Positions 8,755-18,007 of a DNA stretch of 34,017 nucleotides are shown piece by piece. Position numbers and translations under genes: made by a program. This DNA comes from an uncultured Rubrivivax sp. GTDB taxonomy: Bacteria; Pseudomonadota; Gammaproteobacteria; Burkholderiales; Burkholderiaceae_C. The notes under the pieces are model-generated. The model was not told where the DNA came from. It worked only from the letters and a program-made list of their open reading frames with translations, and searched no databases. Each line of letters opens with the position of its first letter. Position 1 is the first letter of the stretch. Where the stretch lies: assembly GCA_964432385.1 (NCBI GenBank), contig CAYSOD010000001.1, positions 1-34,017 of the forward strand, written 5' to 3'.

Positions 8755-9843
8755 CTAGCCTCGAGGTGGGTCGATGCCTTGCTGCGCCGCAAGTTCTGGC
8801 GCGCCTGGGCGGTTTTCTGCTTGCGGGCTGAGCAACGACAGGCCCGGGAGCACCCGGCTCAGGGGGCGAAGGACCACGCCTGCGTGCCGGCAGGCCTGGT
8901 CGAAGGCGGGGCTTTCCAGCCACTGGGCTTCCATGTAGCGCGCCGGCCCTTGCGGTGCGCTCGCGGTGGAGTCCGGCTGGGTTGGGGCCCCCTTTTGCGG
9001 CGGCTTGGCGGGGTGGCACATCAACAGGTCGCCGTCTTGCGCCTGCAGCAGCCAATGCTGCAGACGCTGGGCATGCCGCAGGCGGTCGGTGCCAAACACG
9101 TAGACACCCAGCAGATGGCGGTTTTGCAGAAAGCCGTGCTGTGCTGCCAGCGCACTCAGCCCGGCGGCGCCCAGCTGCTCGATCAGACGGGCCTTCAGGG
9201 CCGCGGCCCGCTCGCCGCCCGTGAGGCCTCGCCGTTCAGGTCTTCGGGTGGACCGCAGCCAGGGGCGCTGCGCGCACCCGCCGGGCCCGCGTCCAACCAG
9301 TTCGGCGAGCAGGGCATCGCGCACCTGGGGCAACTGGTGCACATGCTGGTGGCCGTCCACGTAGGCCGGTGGGCGCCCCAGGTGCTGCTCGAAGGCGTCC
9401 AGCTGGCTGCGGATCCGCAGGCGCAGCGCACTCGTATCCAGCAAGCCTGCCAGCGCTCTCAGGATGAGCACCACCAGCGCCAGGCGCCGGGAGAGCCCCG
9501 GGGCGCCGGCGCTCAGGTCCAGGTGCAAGCCGATGTCCACGCGTGCCGGGTCCAGGTGCCTGAGAGCGTGCGCGTGCTGCGGCCAGGACGGCCCGCGCAC
9601 GAGGCAGCCGATGGCCTGCACCCGGCCCTGGCGGGCCAGATGCAGGGCGGCGCGATCGATGTCGGGGTGCAGGCCAAAGTCGTCACAGGCCACCGCAATG
9701 GCCCGCCTGCGCGCGAAGCCTTCAACCTCGGGCCAAGAGGCCTGCGCAGAAGTCCTTGAAAGGGGTTGCGACAGGGTTTGGGGCGGCGGCTGCGAAAGGT
9801 GCCGCGATGTGGGCTGCCGCAGGGGCTGGGACCAGGGCTTCAT
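8755..9843 (-). CDS. ChbG/HpnK (YdjC) family carbohydrate deacetylase, LgmC/NaxD-like
   Basis: CDDFG, GLHLDL, DGHQHVH and LMCHP motifs. ATG 9843 overlaps the stop of the upstream ArnT-like gene. Confidence 0.88.
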   Translation of the reverse strand: MKPWSQPLRQPTSRHLSQPPPQTLSQPLSRTSAQASWPEVEGFARRRAIAVACDDFGLHPDIDRAALHLARQGRVQAIGCLVRGPSWPQHAHALRHLDPARVDIGLHLDLSAGAPGLSRRLALVVLILRALAGLLDTSALRLRIRSQLDAFEQHLGRPPAYVDGHQHVHQLPQVRDALLAELVGRGPGGCAQRPWLRSTRRPERRGLTGGERAAALKARLIEQLGAAGLSALAAQHGFLQNRHLLGVYVFGTDRLRHAQRLQHWLLQAQDGDLLMCHPAKPPQKGAPTQPDSTASAPQGPARYMEAQWLESPAFDQACRHAGVVLRPLSRVLPGLSLLSPQAENRPGAPELAAQQGIDPPRG

Positions 9844-11513
9844 GTCACGCTGGCCTGAACTTCCTGGGTGCACCCCAGGCGGCTGGCGGTCTCGGGTCTG
9901 GCTGGGTTCACCCGCCACAGGCGCAGGTCGCCTGGGCCCCGGGCCACCTCCAGGCTCACCTCCAGCACGGGCCAGCGCGGCAGCGCCCCGGCGGGGCCGA
10001 TCACCCAGGAGATGGCGTGTTTGCACAGCAGCGCGGCCCATTCCCGCTCCTGCACCAGGATCCGGGCGCTTCCGGCAGGGGCAAAACGCTGCGCATCGGC
10101 CAGCTCCTTGTGCCAGTTGTCCCGCTGCGTGAGGGCCGGGTCGTCCCAGTGGTCGACCACTCTCGCAGGGATCTCAAGCCCGGCATAGAAGGCGAGATCG
10201 AAGGGGTACACGCCCAGCAGCCAGACCGGTTGTGCCGGCAGGCGCTGCGCCCGCAACGCCTGGCCGAGCGCTTTTGAACTCTTCGGCGCCTGCCAGGCCA
10301 CGCCCACGGTCAAGCCCAGGCTGAGCGCGAGGGCCGCCCCCCAGCTGAGTGCCCAGCGGCGAACCGGCCAGGGCCCGGGCCTGCGCATGCCTTCCATGCC
10401 GGCAGCCATGAGTACGGCCAGCGCCGGCACCGCGGGCAGCACGTAACCCACGAGCTTGGACTGCGGCACGGAGAAGAAGACGACCACCGCCACCACCCAC
10501 ACGCGCATCAGGCTCAAGGTGTCGGCATGTGCGGCGGCCAGCCCGGTTTGCCGCCGCCTGCAGGACCTCCACAGCCACTCCAGCCCGCTGGCGCTGAACA
10601 GCAGCAGCGCGGCTGCGCAGAACCACCAGGGCTGCGGGTTGTTGAAGCCGCTTGCCACGTAGCGCCGCACATGCTGTTCCAGGACCATGTACTCCAGGAA
10701 GCCTGGATGCTTCCAGGCCATGGCCACGAACCAAGGCGCCGCCACCGCCGCTGCCAGCGCTGGCGCAGGCCACCACCACAGCGCCCGCCACAGCCGCAGC
10801 CCCGCCCCCTTGGGGGTGATCAGCAACCAAGCGCTGGCCACCAGCACTGGCAGCACCACGCCGATGAGCCCCTTGGCCAGCACCCCCAGCGCCATGGCGC
10901 TCCAGGCCCCCAGCAGCGCGGGCCGGTGGGCAAGACCCGCCTGCATGCTGCGCACCGAGTCGGCCAGCAGCAGGGTGGCCGCGGTGATGCACCCGGCCAC
11001 CAGCATGTCCATGTTGGCGAACTGGCCGCCCATGAACCACAGGGGCTGCACCAGCAGCGCAGCCAGGGCCAGCCGTGCCCGGCGCGGCCCATCCCAGCGG
11101 TGCACAAAGCGGTGCAAGGCCGCCGCACCGAGCGAGGCGCCCAGCAGGGGCGCCAGACGTGCTGCCCACTCGTTCAGCCCGAACGCCGCCATCGAACCGG
11201 CCGTGATCCAGTAGAACAAAGGCGGCTTGTGGAAGTAGGGCAGGCCACCCAGGGTGGGCGTGAGCGCGTCACCGCTGAGCAGCATCTCGCGCGCCACCCC
11301 CCCATAGCGGCCTTCATCGGGCAGGAACAGGGGCCGCAGGCCCGCCCAGGCAGCCAGGAACAGAAAGCTGCCGCAGGCCACCGCCAGGGTGTGGCGCCAG
11401 GCCAGCGGTTGGGGGCCTTCACCGGTGGAGGCCGGCTCGCGAGCTGGGGGGCCCTGCCCTGGTGGGCAGGGTGCGCCTTCCGCAGGCCCCAGCAGGACCC
11501 CAGTGACCTTCAT
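9840..11513 (-). CDS. ArnT/PMT-family (GT83) lipid-linked aminosugar transferase, LgmB-like
   Basis: PDEGRYGGVAREM, YFHKPPLFYW, ARL, LAKG and SKLVGYVLP motifs; many TM segments. ATG 11513 is in an ATGA overlap with the GT2 stop. Confidence 0.92.
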   Translation of the reverse strand: MKVTGVLLGPAEGAPCPPGQGPPAREPASTGEGPQPLAWRHTLAVACGSFLFLAAWAGLRPLFLPDEGRYGGVAREMLLSGDALTPTLGGLPYFHKPPLFYWITAGSMAAFGLNEWAARLAPLLGASLGAAALHRFVHRWDGPRRARLALAALLVQPLWFMGGQFANMDMLVAGCITAATLLLADSVRSMQAGLAHRPALLGAWSAMALGVLAKGLIGVVLPVLVASAWLLITPKGAGLRLWRALWWWPAPALAAAVAAPWFVAMAWKHPGFLEYMVLEQHVRRYVASGFNNPQPWWFCAAALLLFSASGLEWLWRSCRRRQTGLAAAHADTLSLMRVWVVAVVVFFSVPQSKLVGYVLPAVPALAVLMAAGMEGMRRPGPWPVRRWALSWGAALALSLGLTVGVAWQAPKSSKALGQALRAQRLPAQPVWLLGVYPFDLAFYAGLEIPARVVDHWDDPALTQRDNWHKELADAQRFAPAGSARILVQEREWAALLCKHAISWVIGPAGALPRWPVLEVSLEVARGPGDLRLWRVNPARPETASRLGCTQEVQASVT

Positions 11514-12565
11514 GCGGTACTCGACGCCAGGCCCCGGCCCAGGCGGCGGCTCACGATGAACAGCGGCCGCGCCTTGACCTCGGCAAACACCCGCCCCACG
11601 TACTCGCCCACCACCCCGAGGGACGTCATCTGCAGGCCGGCGATCAACCACTGGCCCACCATCACCGCGGCCCAGCCGCTGACCTCCCGCCCGCGCACCA
11701 GGTGCGAAGCTGCCAGAACGGCGGCCATCGCGAAGGCCGTCAAGGCCAGCACCAGCCCGATGGCGCTGACAGCGCGCAGCGGCCAGGTCGTGAACGCGGT
11801 CAGGCCGTTGAGCGACAGGCGGGCCAGGCGCAGCGGTCCGAAATGGCTGTGCCCCCGCCACCGGGGTGGGGGGGTGAAGGGCACCGCCACCGTTTCAAAG
11901 CCCACCCAGGCGTGCAGCCCCTTCATGAAGCGGTTGCGCTCGGGCAGCGAGCGCAGCGCCAGCACCACACGATGGTCCATCAACCTGAAGTCGCCCGCTC
12001 CAGGGGGGATCTCGAGGTGGTCCGGCGTCTTCATCAAGGCCTGCAGGCCACGCACTCCCAGCCGCTTGAGCCAGGACTCGTCACGCCGGTCCGCGTGTGA
12101 AGCCACCACCACGTCAGCCCCCGCGCGCCAACGCTCCACAAAGCTGGGAATCAGCTCGGGCGGGTGTTGCAGGTCACCGTCCATGGTGACCACCGCCTGC
12201 CCGCGCGCCGCCTCCAGCCCGGCGGCCAGCGCCGCCTCCTTGCCGAAGTGGCGCGACAGCTGCAGCACAAGGCGGCCAGGCTCACGCGCCCAGGCACCCA
12301 GCAGCGCGGCGCTGCCGTCCCGGCTGCCATCGTCCACGACGATCACCTCCCAGGCTGGCGCGCAGCGGCGCAAGGTCTGCTCCACCTTCGGCAGCAGGAC
12401 CTTCAGGTTCTCCGCTTCGTCCCAGCACGGGATGACGCAGGACAGCGAAACGGGGCCGCCGCGCGCGGCGCCGGGAGCGCCTTGCGAAGAGGTGCCATCG
12501 GGCGCTGGGCCCTGTGTCTCAGGGCACTGAAAGGGCGGCGCTGACGGGGCGGATGCATGCACCAT
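11510..12565 (-). CDS. GT2 undecaprenyl-phosphate glycosyltransferase (GtrB/ArnC/LgmA-like)
   Basis: SCVIPCWDE, VDDGSRD, SRHFGKEAAL, MDGDLQHPP, GDFRLMD, two C-terminal TM helices and GEYVGR. Confidence 0.93.
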   Translation of the reverse strand: MVHASAPSAPPFQCPETQGPAPDGTSSQGAPGAARGGPVSLSCVIPCWDEAENLKVLLPKVEQTLRRCAPAWEVIVVDDGSRDGSAALLGAWAREPGRLVLQLSRHFGKEAALAAGLEAARGQAVVTMDGDLQHPPELIPSFVERWRAGADVVVASHADRRDESWLKRLGVRGLQALMKTPDHLEIPPGAGDFRLMDHRVVLALRSLPERNRFMKGLHAWVGFETVAVPFTPPPRWRGHSHFGPLRLARLSLNGLTAFTTWPLRAVSAIGLVLALTAFAMAAVLAASHLVRGREVSGWAAVMVGQWLIAGLQMTSLGVVGEYVGRVFAEVKARPLFIVSRRLGRGLASSTA

Positions 12566-12680
12566 GGCCCGGCATGGTCACCCGGGTGCTTGAAGCCTGC
12601 TTGAGGCCGCGCAAGAGCAGGCGGTGCGGTGCGACTGCGGGCGCTTGATGCTGACTTCGGAAAAGCTTTCAGCCCGGAGC

Positions 12681-14822
12681 CTACGGCCAAACCCCCCCAA
12701 CCAGCCGACCCTGGCTCAAGAAGAACACGTTGTTGTCGATCTGCGCGCTGCGGTCTGCGCTGACGTCCATCGGGTCTGTTCCCTCCGGAGCCGCCAGGTC
12801 GGGCTTCCACACCAGCGTGCGCGAAGCCGTGTCGACCTCGAAGCGCTTGAGCAGGTGCTGCGCCTCGGGCCCCCAGTCCTTGGTGCGCAGTGTCATGGGC
12901 AAGCCCAGCCGAGCCACCCCTCCAGCCTGCAGCAGGTTCAGGCCGTGGGGGCTGTGGTCTACCGCACTGGCACTGCCCCGGGCGCCGAAGGTCCGTGAGG
13001 TGATGAGCGAGGGCTTGGTGGGGTCGCGCACATCGAACAATGCCACCTTGGGCCCCAGTGCCACACCGCTGGCGTCGGCGTCGCGCCCCACGCCCAGCAG
13101 CAGGCCCTGCGGCAAGGGCAGCAGGTAGTCCGAGAAGCCCGGCACTTCCAGCTCGCTGGCAGCCTTGGGGTCCGCGGGGTCCTTGAGGTCCAGCACGTAC
13201 AGGGGGTCGGTGCGGCGGAAGGTCACCAGGTAGCCAGTCTCGCCAGAGAAGCGCACCCCGTAGATCTGCTCACCGGGCTTGCCCAGCGGGGCAGGGCGTC
13301 GCTCATTGGGCAAGGTGGCCAGCGCCTTCATCGCCGCATCGGCCGTGCTCTCCCGCAGGATGGTGAGCGTGGCGGGTGAGGCCGAGGTGGCGGGCGTCAC
13401 GGACCCGGTGGCTGGCACCGCATCCGAAGCCGCCGCCCAACCGCTGGTGCCGGTGTAGCTGATGACGCGCAGGTCGCCTGCGTGCTCGCTCATGCGCAGG
13501 GCTATGCGTTCGGCGTCCCAGCCCAGGTGGCCCTTGACCTCGCCCGAGGCCCTGTAGACCAGGTTCAAGCCCTCCACGGCAAACTTGTGCAGGTCGGTGA
13601 CGAAGCCGGTGGGAAACACCGCACGCCCGTCGGGCCCGGTCGTGGGCTGGGGCGAGCGCGTCGTGGCCAAGTACAGGTTCTGGGGCGACATGTACAGCCC
13701 CTCGGTGCCGCCGAAGAAGCAGCGCGCCCGGGTGGTCAGCGCGGGGGAAGCCAGGTCGATCGCCACCAGGGTGGTGACCGTCAAGGACAGCGACGAACTC
13801 TTGGGCTGGACAAGACAGTCGCTCTCGGCCACCAGGCTCTGGCGGCTTGCGCCGTCGATGCGTACACCTGGCAGGAGGTCGGCCGATTTGAGCGCGGCCA
13901 GGGCGGCCTCGCGCTCCGCTGCGGAGGCGGAGGCGGGCAGGGCCTCGTAGGCCAGGCGTGGGCTCCATGTGGTGACGAGGTGGATGACATCGCCGATGCG
14001 CCGGCCCGCCACCAGCTGCCCGTCCAGGGCCAGGCGGCGTGCGCTGGTCAGTGCGCCGCTGGCCGAGACGTCGGCGACCTGCAGGTGAACCACCGGGTTG
14101 CTGTTGCCGACCACCGGCAGTGCGCACAGCATGCCGGGCGGGCAAGGCGAACCGCCCCAGGCTGACGAGGTGGCCAGCGCCGCCAGCCGGGTGGCCTTGC
14201 TGGACAGCAGAAGCCCCCTGGGGAGCGCCGGATCGGTACCCACGTCCATCACCAGACTGCCCAGTGGCTCCACCGCGCCCTGGGCGCCGGCGCGAGCCAC
14301 GCGCACTTGCGGGCGTGCGAAGCCCTGCGCGTCTCGCAGGGTGTGACCGTCCAATGCAAAGAGCAGCTTGCCGTCGGTCTTGAGCAAGTCGGCCTCGTCA
14401 ACCCCCGCTTCCTGCACCGTCGTGCCGGAAAAGACCGGTGCGGTAGCGGCTGTGGCCGCAGCCGAGGCACTGGGCAGGCTCACCGCGCCGGCTGCCGCAG
14501 TGGAGGCCGCCAGGCCGTCAAAGCTCACCGATGGGTTGGCCGCGCGCGCCGCCTGCCGGTTGCGCAGCATCTCCCGCACTTTGGGAACCAGCGTGCCCTC
14601 GGCCACGGGTTCGAGCGCCGCCAGCGGCCGTGCGCTGGGCGTGGTGGCCGAGCTGCCGCCGCCGCAGGCGCTGAGGGAGATCACCGCGCCAGCCAGGCTG
14701 GCCACCAACCCCGCCGCGAGCACCAGCCGCCGGGGTCGGAGGGCCCCTCCAGCAGCGGACATGGGTTGGGAGTCCGGTGGCGCTTCGGGGGCGCAGTTGA
14801 GGGGCGGGCAGGTCGTGCGCAT
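12681..14822 (-). CDS. Beta-propeller domain (Beta_propel-type) lipoprotein
   Basis: AAGGAG RBS before ATG 14822; lipobox LSAC; TTVQEAGVDEADLLKTDG, GEQIYGVRF, YLVTFRRTDPLYVLDL, EVPGFSDYL. Confidence 0.85.
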   Translation of the reverse strand: MRTTCPPLNCAPEAPPDSQPMSAAGGALRPRRLVLAAGLVASLAGAVISLSACGGGSSATTPSARPLAALEPVAEGTLVPKVREMLRNRQAARAANPSVSFDGLAASTAAAGAVSLPSASAAATAATAPVFSGTTVQEAGVDEADLLKTDGKLLFALDGHTLRDAQGFARPQVRVARAGAQGAVEPLGSLVMDVGTDPALPRGLLLSSKATRLAALATSSAWGGSPCPPGMLCALPVVGNSNPVVHLQVADVSASGALTSARRLALDGQLVAGRRIGDVIHLVTTWSPRLAYEALPASASAAEREAALAALKSADLLPGVRIDGASRQSLVAESDCLVQPKSSSLSLTVTTLVAIDLASPALTTRARCFFGGTEGLYMSPQNLYLATTRSPQPTTGPDGRAVFPTGFVTDLHKFAVEGLNLVYRASGEVKGHLGWDAERIALRMSEHAGDLRVISYTGTSGWAAASDAVPATGSVTPATSASPATLTILRESTADAAMKALATLPNERRPAPLGKPGEQIYGVRFSGETGYLVTFRRTDPLYVLDLKDPADPKAASELEVPGFSDYLLPLPQGLLLGVGRDADASGVALGPKVALFDVRDPTKPSLITSRTFGARGSASAVDHSPHGLNLLQAGGVARLGLPMTLRTKDWGPEAQHLLKRFEVDTASRTLVWKPDLAAPEGTDPMDVSADRSAQIDNNVFFLSQGRLVGGVWP

Positions 14823-14894
14823 GGTGATTCCTCCTTGCGATGTCTTAGATGTCACCGGCCCCATTGCGCCTCCCGGAACCCTTGTGGCGGGTTC

Positions 14895-14950
14895 TTGCGG
14901 TGAGGCCAGCGACGTGGGATAATTTCCCACATTCTCTGAAGTCCTGTCAA
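14895..14950. promoter_or_regulatory. Divergent promoter region with palindromic operator
   Basis: GTGGGA-TAATT-TCCCAC at 14914-14930. Plus-strand TTGCGG (14895-14900), 17 nt, GATAAT (14918-14923). Minus-strand TTGACA at 14950-14945. Confidence 0.6.
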
Positions 14951-14970
14951 GTACCCGTCGGCCAGCCCTC

Positions 14971-15807
14971 GTGAGCACCCGTCATCAGATCGTTCTGCAC
15001 ACCGTGCTGCGGGCCCTGCGGCCGTTGCTGCGCCTGTTGCTGCGCCATGGCGTCACCTACACGGCGTTTGCCACGGCGCTGAAGCCGGCGTTTCTGGAGG
15101 CGGCACGCCAGGAGTTGCAGGCCCAGGCCATGCCCGTCACCGACAGTGCCCTGACCTTGCTCAGTGGGGTTCACAGGCGTGACGTGCGAGCGCTTACTCG
15201 CGGCGAAACCCTCGAAGCATCAAGGGACGATCTGAACCCGCCGGTCTCTCTGGCAGGCGAGGTGGTGGGCCGGTGGATGTCGGAACCCGCCTGGCAGGAC
15301 GCTGAAGGCAGGCCCCGCGAACTGTCGCGTGCGGCCTTCGACGAATTGGTGAGCGCCGTCAGCCAGGACGTGCGCCCGCGCGCCCTGCGGGACGAACTGG
15401 CGCGGCTGGGCGTGGTGACTTGCGCCGAGGATGGCCGCGTCGCGTTGTGCGCCCAGGGGTTCGCCCCGCGTCAGGGCTTCGCCGAGATGGCGGCGCTGAT
15501 GGCCGCCAATCTGGCCGATCATGCCGACGCCGCCACCGCCAACCTGCAGGATGGCGCGAACTTCCTGGAGCAGGCCCTGTACGTGGATCGGCTCAAGCCC
15601 GCATCGGCCGCACACCTGCACCAGGCAGCCACGGCCGCATGGCAGCAGATGCTGCCCGGCCTGCTGCGCGAAGCCCAGCAGCGCTTCGAGTCGGATCAGG
15701 CGGATTCAGCGCCGGGGCCTGACGCCGCCACCGCACCTGACACCATGCCCCGACGCCGCGTGCGCCTGGGCGTGTACTTCTACGACACCGAGGACGATCC
15801 GTCATGA
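14971..15807 (+). CDS. DUF6502-family protein (probable DNA-binding protein)
   Basis: Recalled family pattern: LRPLLRLLLRHGVTY, HTH-like SALTLLSGVHRRDVR, FDELVSAVSQDVRPRALRDELARLG, HAxAATANL, FLEQALY, RVRLGVYFY. Confidence 0.8.
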   Translation: MSTRHQIVLHTVLRALRPLLRLLLRHGVTYTAFATALKPAFLEAARQELQAQAMPVTDSALTLLSGVHRRDVRALTRGETLEASRDDLNPPVSLAGEVVGRWMSEPAWQDAEGRPRELSRAAFDELVSAVSQDVRPRALRDELARLGVVTCAEDGRVALCAQGFAPRQGFAEMAALMAANLADHADAATANLQDGANFLEQALYVDRLKPASAAHLHQAATAAWQQMLPGLLREAQQRFESDQADSAPGPDAATAPDTMPRRRVRLGVYFYDTEDDPS

Positions 15808-16385
15808 ACGACCACGCTTCCACTTGCCGCTCAGCCCGGCCCCATTCGCGTTGGATGGCGATCACTGCGGCCGTCTGGCTGTGCCTCCAGGCCCTGCTGC
15901 TGGCCGCTTGCGGCCCAGGCGTTGGCGGCACGGGTACGGGCCTCACCTCTGCGGCCGACGGCCTGCAGGCTTTTGGGGCGCAGGCCGTTGCCGCCTGCGC
16001 GCCCGGCAACGCGACATCGCCCGCGTGCCCCGCCGCCTCGGGGCTGGGTTCGACGGGCGGCAATCCGGCGGCAGAAATTTGGCTTGACACCGTCCCGGGT
16101 GCGCGTTGGCGCCTGGACGTGCAGGGGGACACCGTCACGCTGGAGCGGCGCTGCACGCAGGAACGATTCAGGGGGCAATGGGGCAGCAGCCCGGCTTTGG
16201 GCGCTCGCTACTTTGGCATCTTTGGCGCCGAGGCAGTGCCGGGGACGCCCGCCTCGTTGAGCGTGCGCACTGGCGAAAGCGGCAGCCTCGTGCTGGAACT
16301 GAGAGGGCTGGACGAACGGCTGTTGCTGCCCTCGTTCACGGTGCAGCGCCACAGCGGCAACGTGCCAGCGCCGACCTGCCCTTGA
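15804..16385 (+). CDS. Hypothetical lipoprotein with a GxGGTG motif after the lipidated Cys
   Basis: ATGA overlap with DUF6502; lipobox LAAC followed by GPGVGGTGTG; four more Cys in the mature part. Confidence 0.7.
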   Translation: MNDHASTCRSARPHSRWMAITAAVWLCLQALLLAACGPGVGGTGTGLTSAADGLQAFGAQAVAACAPGNATSPACPAASGLGSTGGNPAAEIWLDTVPGARWRLDVQGDTVTLERRCTQERFRGQWGSSPALGARYFGIFGAEAVPGTPASLSVRTGESGSLVLELRGLDERLLLPSFTVQRHSGNVPAPTCP

Positions 16386-16451
16386 GTGTCGGGTCTTCAG
16401 CGCGGCCGTTGAAAGGTTCTCGCCCCCTCAGGCAGGCCGCCGGCAGGTCCG

Positions 16452-17867
16452 TCACAGCGTGAAGATCTTCCCCGGGTTCAAGATGTTCTTCGGGTCCAGT
16501 GCCCGCTTGATCTGGCGCATCAGGTCCACGGCGCCGACGCCGGCCTCGTCCACCAGGAAACCCATCTTGTGCAGGCCGATGCCATGCTCGCCCGTGCAGG
16601 TGCCTTCCAGGGCGATGGCGCGCTGCACCATCTGCAGGCTCAGGCGCTCGGCGGTGGCGCGCTGGGCGAGGTCGCCGTCCTTGACCATGTAGGCGAGGTG
16701 GAAGTTGCCATCGCCCACGTGGCCGACGATGTAGTGCGGCAGGCCGGATTCGGCCGCCTCCTGCACCGAGATGTCGATGATCTCGGCCAGGCGCGAGATG
16801 GGCACACAGGTGTCCGTGGTGACGGTGCGGCAGCCGGGGTTGCACGACATGCCGGCAAAGTAGGCCTTGTGGCGCGCTGTCCACAGCCGCGTGCGCTCCT
16901 CGGGGGTGCTGGCCCATTCGAAGCCTTCGCCGCCATGTTCGCCGGCGATGTCCTGCACCGTCTCGGCCTGCTCCTTCACGCCCGCGTCGGTGCCGTGGAA
17001 CTCCATCAGCAGCAGCGGAGACTCGCGCATGCTCAGCCCGCTCTGGGCGTTGACCGCCCGCACTGCGTTGGCGTCCAGCAGCTCGCAGCGCGCGATCGGC
17101 ACGCCCATCTGGATCACCTGGATGGTGGTGGCCACGGCCGCTTGCACGCTGGGGAAGTGGCAGATGGCCGCACTCACGGCCTCGGGCAGCGGGTAGAGCT
17201 TGAGCGTGACCTCGGTGATGACGCCCAGGGTGCCCTCGCTGCCCACCATCAGGCGTGTGAGGTCGTAGCCGGCGCTGGACTTCTTGGCGCGGGTGCCGGT
17301 GCGGATCACCTCGCCGCTGGCCGTCACCACGGTTAGACCCAGCACGTTCTCGCGCATGGTGCCGTAGCGCACCGCGTTCGTGCCGCTGGCGCGCGTGGCG
17401 GCCATGCCGCCCAGGCTGGCGTTGGCGCCGGGGTCGATGGGGAAGAACAAGCCCGTGTCGCGGATCTCGCGGTTGAGCTGCTCGCGCGTGACGCCGGCCT
17501 GCACCGTGACCGTCAGGTCTTCCGGGTTCACGCGCACGAGCTGCGTCATGCGGCTCACGTCCACGCTCACGCCGCCTTGCACCGCCAGCAGGTGACCCTC
17601 CAGCGACGAGCCGGTACCGAACGGGATCACGGGCACGGCGTGCTGGTCGGCCAGCTTCACCACCGCCACCACGTCCTCGGTGCTCTCGCAGAACACCACC
17701 ACCTCGGGTGGGGTGACAGGAAACGGTGACTCGTCACGGCCGTGCTGCTCGCGCACTGCTGGGGCGGTGGAGCAGCGCTCGCCGAACAGCGCACGCAGCG
17801 CCGCCAACATGGGGGCGGGCACAGGCCGGGGTTCGACGTGGGGCGCAAAGTCGTGAGGGGCGTTCAT
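16452..17867 (-). CDS. FAD-linked oxidase, D-lactate dehydrogenase (cytochrome)/GlcD family
   Basis: PFGTGSSLEG, DPGANASLGG, GSEGTLG, GHVGDGNFH, GEHGIG, LDPKNILNPGK. AGGAG RBS before ATG 17867. Confidence 0.93.
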   Translation of the reverse strand: MNAPHDFAPHVEPRPVPAPMLAALRALFGERCSTAPAVREQHGRDESPFPVTPPEVVVFCESTEDVVAVVKLADQHAVPVIPFGTGSSLEGHLLAVQGGVSVDVSRMTQLVRVNPEDLTVTVQAGVTREQLNREIRDTGLFFPIDPGANASLGGMAATRASGTNAVRYGTMRENVLGLTVVTASGEVIRTGTRAKKSSAGYDLTRLMVGSEGTLGVITEVTLKLYPLPEAVSAAICHFPSVQAAVATTIQVIQMGVPIARCELLDANAVRAVNAQSGLSMRESPLLLMEFHGTDAGVKEQAETVQDIAGEHGGEGFEWASTPEERTRLWTARHKAYFAGMSCNPGCRTVTTDTCVPISRLAEIIDISVQEAAESGLPHYIVGHVGDGNFHLAYMVKDGDLAQRATAERLSLQMVQRAIALEGTCTGEHGIGLHKMGFLVDEAGVGAVDLMRQIKRALDPKNILNPGKIFTL

Positions 17868-18007
17868 GGGCGATCTCCTGTTGCTGGATTCTAGGCAGCG
17901 CCCCATGCGTGCCTGCGGTCAGACCCTGGTCTATGCGCAGGTTCTGGCCCTGCGGCGGGTTGCGGTCAGTAGGATGCGCCATCCACCGACCCGACCAGAG
18001 GTGCTCC

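Noticed and set aside
7444-9759. Long alternative ORFs (7444..9759, 68..1714, 934..2493, 10527..12530, 28138..29592 and others)
   Set aside because: Antisense or shifted shadows of well-supported genes; expected in high-GC DNA and lacking recognisable motifs.
16404-16415. 12-bp GGCCGTTGAAAG matching 26736-26747 in inverted orientation
   Set aside because: Only two short copies, no shared flanks and no recombinase nearby; compatible with chance.
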